A stretch of 64,000 nt of DNA from Azolla caroliniana (lineage: Eukaryota > Plantae > Polypodiophyta). The stretch is from assembly GCA_043228905.1 (NCBI GenBank), contig JBHGNT010000017.1, forward strand, positions 2,542,001 to 2,606,000. The letters are read 5' to 3'. Made by a program: the position numbers and the translations under genes. The notes under the pieces are model-generated. The model searched no databases. It was not told where the DNA came from and worked only from the letters and a program-made list of their open reading frames with translations. This document shows positions 24,945-38,557 of this stretch, one piece after another (position 1 is the stretch's first letter; each line of letters starts with the position of its first letter).

Positions 24945-26915
24945 AATATATATGTTTGGAAACATTTGGTTTATAAGTCATATTTACTACAACTAACATG
25001 AATTCAATAACAAAATCAAGACTTCGATTGATGTGTGCCAATGCATCCTAGTTAGCCACTAAATGTGTCTGTTTTTGTCAATCACATCTAACTAAGATGA
25101 AACTTGCTCCTTTACCATCTAATCTTCCCAACCACCATCCTTTTGTCCTTATAAAGCAAAATTGTTGTGAACAATCTCTGTGATATATGACATCTATCAC
25201 CAACACTCCTAATTCTTCGCCACACTACTTTGTGCTTCTTTTTTCCTCTAACAATGATATTGTCGTATTGTTTATGATCCAAGAGATGATTCCATCTCCT
25301 ATTAAACATGCATCCCAAACACCTTATGAATTTCCAATGCATTTTTGAGGCGTGCTATATTTTGAGGTTCAGAAAGAAGTGTTGTCCAAAATTGTGAAGT
25401 GATTGAACTCTTAACTTAATATATCATCTCATTCTAAAAATTCGCAAATTTTGCCATGTACCACCTTCATGGTCGATGCATAATTTTTGAAACAATACGA
25501 TATTTCATGTGACCAGATCACTCATTCCATGACCATGCCACCTAATTCAAACTATAGACACCGAGTCACAAATACAAGACCTTTGGCCCAACTAATGTGT
25601 CAAAAGCTCTTAATATGAAAAAAAGAGGTTGCAAAGTTGAATCCTTGTAAAGTTATTTGATTTATATATAGTATTTTGTATGGGAAACCTTATTACTCAA
25701 TTCATGTGGCACAAACACATGTTGTTTATGGCACTCAATATTGAAGGGACACTAGAAATCCATATTGCCCTTCATGGTTGATGTGATTTTGCCATTGCAA
25801 AAGTCAATGGTGGTGTGGTTGTGAAAGTGGATAATTTATATGGCTACAATCCAACCAAGCATTCACCAAAATGTCACACTCTTCCACCTTAATATTTGAA
25901 TTGGTGCGATACTCTTACCTCTAGCAATTTGTTTCTTCTTCCAAATTGAAGGCATATGGACCTTGACCAAATTTCTCTACTCACATGATCAACATTTTAA
26001 GCAATTGGATCGTTGTCATGACTAAGGATTTATGTTGCATACAACAACAAAACTCTCTAAAAGTTTGTCCTACATTTACTTGAGATGGTTATTGGGTTGT
26101 AATAACCAAAATTTCAAAGCCATTGTTCTGGGAGAATAGAGTTAGCTAACATGTAGTATGACTAATAGACATAAATGAAAAATACTTGCAACATCAAAGA
26201 GATAGAAGAGTCAAAGTTAGTATTGCAAAAATGAGTGTCAATCGTCCCTTCTTCGACCAACAAAGAAGAAAACAGATCACACATTTGAGAGGAAACAAAG
26301 AAGCCAAGGTTGGCCTTATAGACATTCTCCTCTATTCTCACATCCTCCACTATCATAGAGTAAGACCGCCCACACAACTGAAAACAACGAGTAACCATGA
26401 TGCTCAAATTGCTTGAATATAATTTAGGCCCTCGTCATGTCAATCATCCACATCATGAGCATGGACCATTAATTGATAGACACACATGTTTTAGAGTTTT
26501 TTTGACCCTCGTGGTTTTCAGGGTGAGAGTAAAAGTTGGTATAGACAATAAACTCTCGTTGATCCTCCGTATGATCCTCAAGGTCAAATTAGGTTGAAGA
26601 AGGTCTAACAATAGCATGCGTGATCTCGTTAGACGATGAACAAACCCCTCGACAATCTTACCTCTCGTCTTAATCACGACGAGCCGAAGGGAGAAAGATC
26701 ACTTATAGCTAGCTTAACCCCTCATTTTCTTTTCTTCTTATTTATTTATCAGGGACTTAGCCAATCGGAAGAGAGAAATTTCCGGAACAACATAGGATAG
26801 AGCCGAACAGAGCAGAGTGACCATGAGAGATCCGACCGGCCCAGAGCCATTAGCATCGGTAGGCGATGGGATGGGGCTACTTACTCCTCTCCATTCCACT
26901 CAAGCTTTACACACT

Positions 26916-27210
<295 letters not shown>

Positions 27211-28642
27211 ATTTTTGTTTTTGTTTTTTTTGGGTCTCCCTCTGCACGGAGTTCGGAACGCAAGCACCCGAAGCTGAAGCCACGCTAGACCATGCCGATC
27301 TTTAACCTTTCCTGACTTGGCCAGGTATCTTCAGATCGCACAGTTTCTTGTCTGAATCCCCCTCCCCCCACAAATTGGCTCGCTCTCTCCGGAAATTTGG
27401 TCTTTAGGTGAGTTGTTTTAATCTGTATTTTTATCTGCTTCGGGAAAGATAAGTGGAAGCCTCTTGTTCACCTGGATACGGAAAATCTATTTGCTGAAAT
27501 TAGAATTGGGGTGATAGTAAAAATCGCAATTTTCTTTGTTGATAGGATCCGCAGTTCCTGTGTTACGACAATCATCAACACTGATAGGGAGAATTTACAG
27601 ACAATGCTGAAGTTCTACTTTTAAGCGGATAAGACCTTAATCAGTTACAACATTTATTTATAGAATTCTGTTAGAGTGATGGTAAAGCATAATTTGCTTC
27701 TTTCCTAGGATGTACAGTCTCTACGATGGTTATTGCAGACAATGCTGAAAAATTTAAATTAGTGGATAAATCCCTCTCAGCTACTAGGATTCCCATTATG
27801 GATATGCCTAATATCCACTTTTTATCATTGCATCTTTGGCTGGAAGTTTTCAAAGGGGATAAGACATGGTCAAATTGTTCCAGAAATTTGGTTTTGGGAT
27901 CCTGCCACCCACTTCTAATCATTGTATTAGGAAAGTGCCTGAAATTTTACTTACTGATATCTAAGTCAACTGGCAAAATAATCTAATTCACTAGGGTATA
28001 GAGGGAGGGAATATCAAAGAGTTTGAGGAGTGTTTGTCATGACATTTATGGACAACACTATAGCAGTAAAATAATATGTTTGCACACTTAATCAATGTTC
28101 TGAATCGAATCATGTGACAAATCTGGCAGATGAATGTATTCCAAACCAAGTCTCAAAAGAATGCCATTATGATTGCCCTTTTTTTCATGGATATTTGTTG
28201 TAAAAGGTATTTATTTGGATACTACTTTCTTATAGGGCATCAATGTTTGAATTTATCTTTTAGGAATAGGTTGCATGAACATCAAAAGTTAATTCCGACT
28301 TATACATGACTTTTTATATCGTATATGACGTTTCTTTTCTTTGGCAATCTTCGAAGTTCCAGAATTGAATGGACATGATGCATCTTTTGATCTCGTGGAC
28401 TGACCAAATCAGCCTTCTATACATGCTTGACCCCATTTCCTTTGCCCCTATGATGAATATATTTCAATATAAATTTTTTATTTTATCATGTTGAAATCCT
28501 TTGAAGTATTGGAGTATTCTATGCAGGTGAAATTGATGCTGCTATTGATGTTGTATGATAAAAGAGAAGTTATAGCAAATAATGATGCAAGAATAGTTTT
28601 TGTGGTATTTCTTCATTTTAGAGAATGCAAACCTATTCCCAG

Positions 28643-31600
28643 ATGTCTGGACAACATATCCAGGCATCACAGTTGACGATGGGTGGTTTGTCTCATCCTA
28701 AGAAAGGATGGACTCTGCGACAGAAACCTTGGCACAACCCTGATGATACAAACTTCCGGCGGGAGATTTTCTCCCAAATGTAAGTGCACTTTCTGGCCCT
28801 TCCTTCCCCCTCAGGACGAGTAGGGTTTCGTAATCTGCAATCACTTGCGTACCATCCCCTTTGATTTTACAATCTACGTTATCTTTGCGTTGGGTTTTCA
28901 CATGTATGTTGGTTTGCGATTTACAGTATAAAGGTACTGCAGAGACGGGGATTAGATAAGAAATCATTCGATATTGCTAAGGACATAGAGACAGCATTGT
29001 ACTTTGATGCAGCCTCAAAGGTACTTGCATCTGTTGATATGTAGCAAATATCTTTTTGCTTCCATAGAGGCATCACCTAATATAAGATATTTCTGACTGA
29101 GAATTGTGCAGGAAGAATATGCAGATTTGAATACTTTAGAACACAGGATTTATTCGGTAATGAATCTTATGATAAAAATTCAGAATACTGGTCAGCAGGC
29201 TCAATTTGGTCCTGTAACATCTAGGCCTAGTTATGTCCATGGAAATATGAGGGATCCCTTGACACCGGGTCAAGGAGGAAGTTTTAACATGGTCAATACT
29301 TCAACACCCTTTTCACAGGTCCAGAGTGGTGGCCCTGCAATAGGCTTTGGAACTAACTTGCCTGCGGTTGCTGCACAAATTCCTTTGGGCTCTGATGGAC
29401 CACGGTTTAGTGGAAACCAAAGCAAGCCCCTTGGCTTTCCAAATGGCGGAAGCTGGATGATACCAACACCTGGATTGAATATCTCAAATCCTGCTGAGCC
29501 AGTTTCTAATCATGCATCTTCAGACACATCAAGTGATCTGCTTTGTACCACAGGATCAGGGCTTCCACATCAGACAGGGAAAGTCATATTTACAAGCAAT
29601 TCCACCAGCAACAATGCTCATATGGGAAACACAGGACACCTGGAACAGGGGTTTGTCAAAGATACCTTTAATTTCACCACACCAAATCTTGTGCAACACC
29701 ATCAATCACTTTCTGTTCATTCAGCTCTGCAACAACAGTCACATGGTAGCAAATATTTTTATGACAAATCTGTCCTGTTATCAAACTTATCTTCATGTGT
29801 TCCTAACCAACTTTTGTTTTTCTGCAGGGGTTAATGCTAGTGACGGGTATGCAGGGCGCACAAACTTGCTGGTAGAAAGCAACAGCTTCCGTGATCCTAC
29901 ATTTTCAACAGGGCTGACAACATGCATTTCACGATCTGTATCTTTGCCACCAGAAGGTCCAAAACTTGATATACCATCTCGGCAGCAAGATCTTCAGCCC
30001 CCACCAATGTTTGTATCTGAGCATTCATATCTGAGTAGTATTTCAGCAGAAAGTCCCATTTTACCACTGCCTTCAACGCAGAAATCTGAAGTTGGGTTTG
30101 ACATTTCAAATCAATGCAGCACTATTGAGAACAATCCTACCATGCCACATCAATTTTCTTATGGAGCCCCGCAAGGTCAGTGTCAGCCTGCAATGGAGCC
30201 AACTCAACTGACACAGACATCACAAAGTTCTGGTAGCCGAGGAAATCATGACATTGAGTTGATGGCAGGGAATGATAGAAAAAAATCTAACGTACATTCT
30301 GATCCAAAGTTGTATTTATCTCATCAGCAGGGATCAAATATGGATGGACAGGTAGAATGCTGTGAAAAACTTTGCCAAGCTAGTAGTGCTGATACAGGAC
30401 AATCTGAGGTAGTTAGCAATGATGAGGCACCCAACCAAGTGAAGGAGGTAGGCAACGTGTTACCGTCACAACAGGTGAAGCGGCAACAATGGTTATTGAT
30501 CTTTTTGCGACATGTAAGTAGATGCACAGACTCAAGTCATTGTAATGTAGCTCATTGTGCGGTGGGACGTGAGGCATGGAAGCATCTTATAAGTTGCCAG
30601 GATTATCCATGTCCATATCCTAGGTGCATGCTCTTAAAGTCACTACTTAGTCATCATCAAAAATGTAGGAGTCTTAAATGCACAGTTTGTGGTCCAGTAA
30701 GAAACTACTTTTCACATCAAGCAGCAGCAATGGGAAGCAAAATGCAGAAGGGGCCAAATAAAGAAAGTGTAGGCAGTGTAAATGATATCTCCATGCATGA
30801 GGTGGATTCATCACCTGTGGTGAAGAGAATAAAAGTTGAAAGTATAAAACCAGATGTGGGTCCAGCATATAAACAGCCACATTTAATCAGTACAACGAAC
30901 CATGATGGAATTAGCTCCTCTGTTATTGCTTCAAAAACTGCAGATAATGAATCAAAAAAGTTAAGTACCACCATAACAGGTGTTGATCCTGAAAGCTTAG
31001 AGAAGAGCACTCGATTACCCCTTCAAAGAGTTGACTCACCTATTGAATCATCTGTCAGCCAAGGATCCCAATTAAACATAAAAAATTTCCCTCCAAATGA
31101 GGTAAAACTTGAGTCTAATCCAGTCAAGAAAGATGGGACACTTCAGGTGACAGGTTCACGCTCGATGCAAACTGCTGAGAAGCCAAGCAACCAAACTTCT
31201 GTTATCACTACTCTTGCACCTTCAAAAGGGTCTTCTGATTCAGGCAAGCTTGTAAAAGCAAAAATATCTGGAATTTCCTATATTGAAAATTTTTCTCCAG
31301 AACAAATCAGGCAGCATATAGCAACTTTACGCAAATGGATTGGTCAGGTACTGAGCATGCATTTTCCATTGAGTGTTGTTCATATTATGGATGGGACATG
31401 ATATTTACCTCATTTTTTTGTGTCTCCCAGAATAAATGTAAAGCAGAAAGAAATCAGGCTATGCAGAAACAAATGTCAACATCAGCATGTTCAGCTTGTG
31501 CTATTGAGGATCTATATTTTGACCCAATTCCAAACTTCTGCACACAATGTGGCTGTCGCATAAAGCGAAATGCTACTTATTACACTACAGGGTCTGGAGA

Positions 31601-34600
31601 GAGCACTCTGAGCTTTTGTGGACCTTGTTATAGTGCCATTCGACATGACACAGTTGAGACTTACGGTTCCAGGTTTCAGAAGTCTATGCTTATCAAGAAG
31701 AAAAATGATGAGCAGCGAGCGGAAGGGGTGAGTTTAGCTACATATGCTTGTGATCACTGTCAAATCTCTAATGATTCGCTGTTTGAGATGGAATGAATAT
31801 TGCACTTTAACTTGCATCTAGACATGTGAATTAACATTGTATGTTTCTTGAGTTTATTGTTCTGTTTGGAACTTGGTTTGACAAATTGCTATGTGCATGT
31901 TTAAATTTATTATTCTGATGTTTATGAGGACTTGCTTTATCAGTGGGTTGAATGTGACAAATGCAACAAGTGGCAACATCAAGTCTGTGTACTATTCAAT
32001 GCTCGTATGAATAAAGAAAGGTCAGAGTACCTGTGCCCAGAATGCTGTATATTGGAAATGGAGAGAGCTGAAAGGAAGCCCAGACCTGCTAATGCAATGC
32101 CTGGTGCCAAAGACTTGCCTAGAACAATTTTGAGTGACTATGTTCAAGAGAGGTTGGATATAAAGCTGAAACAAGAAAGGGTTGAACGCGCTAAAGCACT
32201 TGGCAAAAATTGGGAAGAGGTACTAAAGTGCATTCTGTAACCAATGTACATCCTGCTTTCTCTATGTTTGGTTCAATTCTTTGCTACTTTTTGTATGGGA
32301 AATTTTACGTACTTTTCATTACGCTGTCTGGGCAATGTGGTGCAATGTTTTTCTTAAAGTCATTTTCTTCTAGAAGGAATATATAATCATGGATATAAAA
32401 TTGGTGATGCCACATGCACACTGAATGGTACAGGTCCCTACAGCTGAAGGTCTAGTGGTCAGGGTTCTATCATCTATAGACAAGAAACTCGAGGTCAAAC
32501 CAAAATTTCTAGAGGTCTTTCAGGATGAAAACTACCCGAAAGACTTTTATTATAAATCCAAGGTTTAATTCTGAGCCTATATATCATACTAATGTCTTTT
32601 CCAGGAGCTTTTTTTATATGCTTATGTAAGCTGGTGTATTTGCTAGATGTTAATGCTTTTCCAGGAGATAGAAGGGGTAGAAGTATGCCTGTTTGGTATG
32701 TATGTCCAGGAGTTTGGAGCAGAGAGTCCCCAACCAAATTCTCGATGGGTGTACCTGTCGTATCTGGACTCCGTAAAGTATTTCAGACCTGATGTGAAGA
32801 CTGTCAAGGGAGAAGCTCTTCGTACTTATGTTTATCATGAGATACTGGTAAAATTTAATTTTCTTTCTTTTATTGCTTAATTAAACATGTGTACTGTCTT
32901 ATCCTCCATGTACATCTCTTATTGTTGAGATTGGTGGAGAACTAAACCTATTGTTGTAAGTCTCTAAGGATATTCCTCGAGACAAAAGTTTGTTACCCTT
33001 TTTATGGATACATCAACTATGCAGCTGTATGGAGAAAATCTTAGTGATTGGAAGGGTCTATTTCTAATAGCATCCCCTTTGTTCTGTGTATTATTACTGA
33101 TGTTCATCTTTTGGTTTTCCTTGCCTTCTGAAGAATGGAAATTTCTGGTGTATAGTCATGTTTAATCACCTCAGCTCTGTGATTATACATGCTTTGGTCT
33201 AGTATTTGCATTTAATAAATCTAGATCTGATTACGCAGATTGCATATCTTGACTACAGTAAAAAGCGGGGATTTAGCAGCTGCTATATTTGGGCTTGCCC
33301 ACCATTGAAAGGAGATGATTATATACTCTATTGTCATCCAGAGATCCAGAAAACACCAAAGACAGATAAACTTCGGGATTGGTAGGTTTTTGGTTTTAAG
33401 GAGACTTATCCTAAACAAATCACTTCGATACTGATTGAACTCATTTACAGGTATTTAAGCATGATAGCAAAAGCAAAGAGGGAAAAGATAGTCGTCTCCA
33501 ACAAGAATTTGTATGACTATTTTTTTACATCTACGTCACATGGTGACTGTAAAGCCAAGATAACAGCTGCATCTCTACCTTATTTTGATGGAGATTATTG
33601 GCCTGGTGCGGCTGAAGATTTACTCCACCAGCTTCAAAAAGATGATGGAAGTCCTCAGTCCCAGAAGGGCAAAACCAAGAAGTTACCACTGAAGAGAACA
33701 ACGAAAACATCAACACATGCAGAATTAGGAGGGAATATATCAATGGACCTCCAACTTATGCATAAGGTCTGATGATCTCTTTTCCTACATGCATATTCCA
33801 CTGCGAGTTTTCAGTTGGGCTAATGTGACATTCTTTATAACAGCTTGGGCTATCTATTGTTGCGATGAAGGAAGATTTCATGATTGTTCATCTTCATCAT
33901 GCTTGCTCCCGATGCCGAACCTTCATTTACTCAGGTCTTCGATGGGTTTGCCAACAATGTGTTGGTAACTTCCAACTATGTAGTAGGTAAACAGCATTAA
34001 TTTGTAGTTTGCAAGCAATAGTTTTCGTTGATCTCAATTCTAATGGAGAAATAATAAACTTGACCGTGTAGTTGCTACGAAGAACATCAAAAGCTCGAAG
34101 ATGAGGAGAGACACCCTGCAGGAAAGAAGGATTGTCATCATTTATCTGTGGTATCTCCTATTTTCTGAAACTTGTTCTTATAATAAATCTCAATCCAGTG
34201 GCGATCAATGTTGATTTCAGTTTTCCATTTCTAAGCTTATAAAAATGCAGAAACTTCAAAAACTTACGTAAAGGTGTATCACTAGGAAAGAAAAGAAGGA
34301 AGAAATTTCTATTCATGTTTTAAAGCAAAGTGAGACGAATCAGATGTATATCATGTGTCCTCTGAATGTTAATAAAACTGATTATGATTAGAGATAGACA
34401 TATAACAATCCTTGGTGGGCCAAGAATGACCCATGGAACCCCACAAGTGCAAATCAAATCAAAGCAAGCTCTCCCTTCTTATTATACAAGAGGGATCAAT
34501 AATTTTGGTTGATTGTCTCCATGCACTATTATTTGCGGAAAATGTCCCGAATTCCAAAGGTCCATATCTTTTGCTAGAACATCTTATAGATCCTCACAGC

Positions 34601-35955
34601 TTTGGAGTATCCAGGAAAATGTTTCCTTGGGCATATATTAGACAAGCATATGCCAACGATCAAAATTGTAATTTGGCACATGAGATGAAAATTAGGGAGC
34701 ATCAAAGGTCCTGGCTGCATGATATTTCATTAAGCTCGACTCTAATGTAGGCTGTGAAAGGTGTTCTTACCATATTGCAATTTGGCACATGAGATGAAAA
34801 TTAGGGAGCATCAAAGGTCCTGGCTGCATGATATTTCATTAAGCTTGACTCTAATGTAGGCTGTGAAAGGTGTTCTTACCATATCCCTGGGTTGTGCTAA
34901 GTCTTGATTGTTAACATCAAGGTACAGTCTACCTAAAGAATTGGTGAATTGTTGGAAGAAGGAAACCCACTTTTTGTAGTATGAGTGGTGTATATAAAAC
35001 CAGTGTGTTTTAGAGAGAGAGAGAGAGAGAGAGATTACTTGCAGGAGGAATTGGATGATATCCCTGTTGATACTACGGACAAAGATGAGATAATGGAAAG
35101 TGAGTTTTTTGATAGTAGGCAAGCTTTCCTTAGTCTTTGTCAAGGAAATCAGTACCAATTTGATACGCTGCGACGGGCTAAACATTCTTCAATGATGATT
35201 CTTTACCATCTCCATAATCCGAGTGCACCTGCATTTATTACATCATGCACTCTCTGTCATAGTGAACTTGAGGAAGGACAAGGGTATAAGTGCAGTATTT
35301 GTACTGACTTTGATGTATGTCATGCGTGTTATCCAAGTGAAGAGGTCCAAAACCATCCTCATAAGTTGGTGGCACGTTCAAGTGTAGCAGATCCGACTGC
35401 AGATGACAGGAAACAGCGTGTGTTACAGGTGCACTTCTTGGTTTTTCAGCTTGGGTGTATGTGCGGACATGCATCAACGTTGGTATCAATACTATCATAT
35501 GCATGTACCAGTGACTGTAGGTTATTAAAAACTTGTGGGTTTTACAGGTAAGGATGATGCTGGAAGTTCTTGTGCATGCATCCAAATGTGCTGATCTATC
35601 ATGCCAGTTTGCCAAATGTCGGAATATTAAGGACCTGTTTAGACATGGTCTATCATGCACGAAGCGAGTGGCTGGTGGTTGTGCCTTCTGCAAGAGGATG
35701 TGGTTTCTTCTAACTGCACATGCCCGAGGATGCAAAGAGAGCATCTGCAATGTGCCTCGATGCATGTAAGCACAGGAAAAACTGTTCTTACATATGTTTC
35801 GTTTTAGTTTTAGTTCCTGTTGACAAGTTTGTTGGTCTTATAGGGACATACGGAAGCATTTAAAGCGAGCGCAGCTGCAACAGGAATCTCGGCGAAGAGC
35901 AGCTGTGAATGAAATGATGAGGCAGCGTGCCGCAGAAGCTGCAGGGTCTCAGTAG
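28643..35955 (+). CDS. HAC1: CBP/p300-type histone acetyltransferase (HAC1-like: TAZ, PHD, HAT_KAT11, ZZ, ZZ, TAZ)
   Basis: About 15 GT-AG exons. [14 protein letters not shown] (TAZ), [19 protein letters not shown] (PHD), [77 protein letters not shown]-terminal TAZ, ends [11 protein letters not shown] at 35955. The start ATG is less certain; 5'UTR exons begin near 27100. Confidence 0.95.
34670..34884. repeat. Near-identical 109-bp tandem duplication in a HAC intron
   Basis: aatttggcacatgagatgaaaattagggagc...ggtgttcttaccatat at 34670 and 34779, one substitution seen. Confidence 0.92.
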
Positions 35956-38380
35956 ATCTAGGTTAAAGGTTTACTTTTAATTTTCAGGTTCCCCTATTCC
36001 ATTGTAATTGGTGTTGCTTGGGAAACTGTATATATGCCACCTGATGAAGCTGCTTTCTGTTATACATGCTTGGAGTCTCCCCTTCATCACAAGCCCATAT
36101 TATTCTTATGAAGCAGGTAATGAGTTCAAATGCCTGCAATGTGCATACACATGCACACAGGAGCTGAATTACAAGGTGTTCTACACACTTGTACAGTGCA
36201 GGGAAATGTAGAGTTTCCATTGTTTACCCGATGTTCTGTTGAAATATTGGGCTTACAGAGCATGTATCCTGATGGATGGCTACATGGCACCACATTTTTT
36301 GTTGCATCATCAGATAATGAAACCTTTGGTTTCTACATCATTATTTGCCCCTGTATGGATGGGGCTACAATTTTTTCAGATATCGTGTATACTTGAAATA
36401 TCTTGGCTTGTTGAAAGGTTGATAGAATCAAATATCGAGATATACCTTCATTGTACTACACGTAATGACCTTCTCTAATATAGTCAAATGTTCAGCTGAA
36501 TTTGTTTCAATTAACTCTGGGTAAGTTTATACCTAGGGATATAAACCTGGATTCGTAAGTTGCAATGAAAGTTCATTGCCAACACTTGAATTTTGTATTG
36601 ATAAAATATAGAGAGAATCAACCTTTTGTCATTTGAAGCCTCTTTCTATGACCAACTTCTTGTCCCCCACATTCCCCCTTGCATTGCAATAGCATTAGCT
36701 AAGGGTGTTACCATGCGAGGATTGGATAGATATTATCTAGGTGCGACACTCTTGACGTAATGCATTGTGAAGATAATCTCAATGAAGAAAGCATTGCAAC
36801 ATGGTGCGTCTAAGAGACAAAGAAGGATGGTACCTCACCTTCAAAACTGTCCAAAGTGTTTGCATTTTGCAATCAAATTTCGATTTTGTTGTAGGAATAT
36901 AACCAGCAAAGAACATCGCAAATGTTTATTTGCATTTGTATCACAAAGAGTGAAAGACCAACCTGTATATACATGGTAGGGTTTTTGTTAAAAATCGTTT
37001 CCTTTCTTTAAGAAAGAAAGATATAGTAAAGAATCGCATTCCCTTAGGATAGGTTTACATATGAGATGTGAAAAAAGAGGAGAATAAATGATTCCATAAT
37101 AACCACAATGGGTAACCATATTGATACACTTTGTATCATGCATTGGCAAACCCTATTTGAGAAAAACAAACACATCCACCAAGCATAATTATGGTTGGCA
37201 TAACAAGTTCTTATCTAAATAGTAGCATCTTGTGGTTTGAATGTAGTGGGACATAAGTGCTTCATACTTATGGTTTGATTAGGGAATAAATTATAATCAT
37301 ACTACTTAAACACAAAGTCATTCAAAATTACCTTAACTAATATGAATTTTGCATGTTTCTCGAATACTACCCTATTTTGTTTAATAAAAAATAAAACAAT
37401 CACATGTGCGGAAGGCTTGATCACTACCATCCTCCGCATACATTAAGGGGATAAATAAAAAACTATTAATAATTATTTTTGCTAATCATGTTGAGCTTGA
37501 GTTGAGTTTCAGCAATGTGGAGTTCATATGATATGATTGATAAAAAAATTATTGAACATGATAGGAATCAACGGAAATTGTGGATACACGTATATGTGTT
37601 GCTTTTGATAATGTGCCCTATTGGGATTTACAAAATACATACAATTTCTAATTGGATCAATAATAAAAAAATATGGGTTTCAAGGTTTAGCATGAAATGT
37701 AAGCTATGGGTTTAGGGTTTCAATAAGGATATGGAGGGTTTAGCAAAATTAGAACAATCGAGAGAATGTCATGAGAAAAGAGGAGTGCCTTGTCTAGTGT
37801 ATACAAATATGACATCAACGTCAAGGTTATTAGTTGAAGGTCAAGAACAATAAATGTTAAGTGTGACCCGATGTGTGAGAGAAGAAAACAATTAGAGTCT
37901 TCCTTACTCATTTAGTAGCAAAAGCAATTGCCATGTTTGGCGGCTTACAAACCTTCATACACGCACAATTGCAATGTATATGAAGGCTTTAAAGGGTCCC
38001 ACGTTGGACACATTGCACAAACAAAATCTTTAGAAGGATTCAATAAGTAGGTTGGAACTAGGCCCATTTGTGTGTGGATGGCTTTGCCCATGAAAAGTCT
38101 AGATTGCTATACTCGACACAAAGTGTTATATAACATATACTTAAATTGATTTACCTCAAATTTGGCCAATGATGATCCACCAAGATCCTTCATATGAATC
38201 TCACTTACTTTTGAGTGTCTATAATGACAACAAATTCTTTCTCTAGCTTTCATGCATTTCCTATGACCTTCTAATGCTACTCCTGTATGCCATGCAACAT
38301 ATTGATTTTGACCACATTCATGCCAACACTAGCTAATGCTTCTAATTAATTGACATTGACTCTAGAGAAAGAGACCCCAT

Positions 38381-38557
38381 ATGGATGTAGCTCAGTTGGT
38401 AAGGTTGCCCAATGGAGACCAGGAGGTCATGGATTCAACCCTTACATTCCACAATGGCATTATCATTTAGTAAATTAAGAGATATGTATGAAGTATATAA
38501 TAGAGAGGTGAGTAAAATTGGGTTTCGAACCCAAGAAATAGTGGATTGTAATGTAAC
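38381..38557. mobile_element. Double-headed tRNA-derived element, first unit, interrupted by the Copia insertion
   Basis: ggatgtagctcagttggtaagg...ggattcaacccttacattcca, then gggtttcgaaccc; continues after the Copia at 41468. Confidence 0.8.

Noticed and set aside
25050-26400. Possible DNA transposase relic (similar impression at ~16250-17800)
   Set aside because: No clear catalytic motif or TIRs; needs BLASTX.
27676-27748. C/D box snoRNA in the HAC 5'UTR intron
   Set aside because: Imperfect C box, no terminal stem and no recognisable rRNA antisense element.
37705-37745. Telomere-like gggtttaggg
   Set aside because: One to two units only; not an array.
38381-38452. Functional tRNA gene
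   Set aside because: A and B boxes are present but the D and anticodon arms do not pair properly; it is part of a repeated element.
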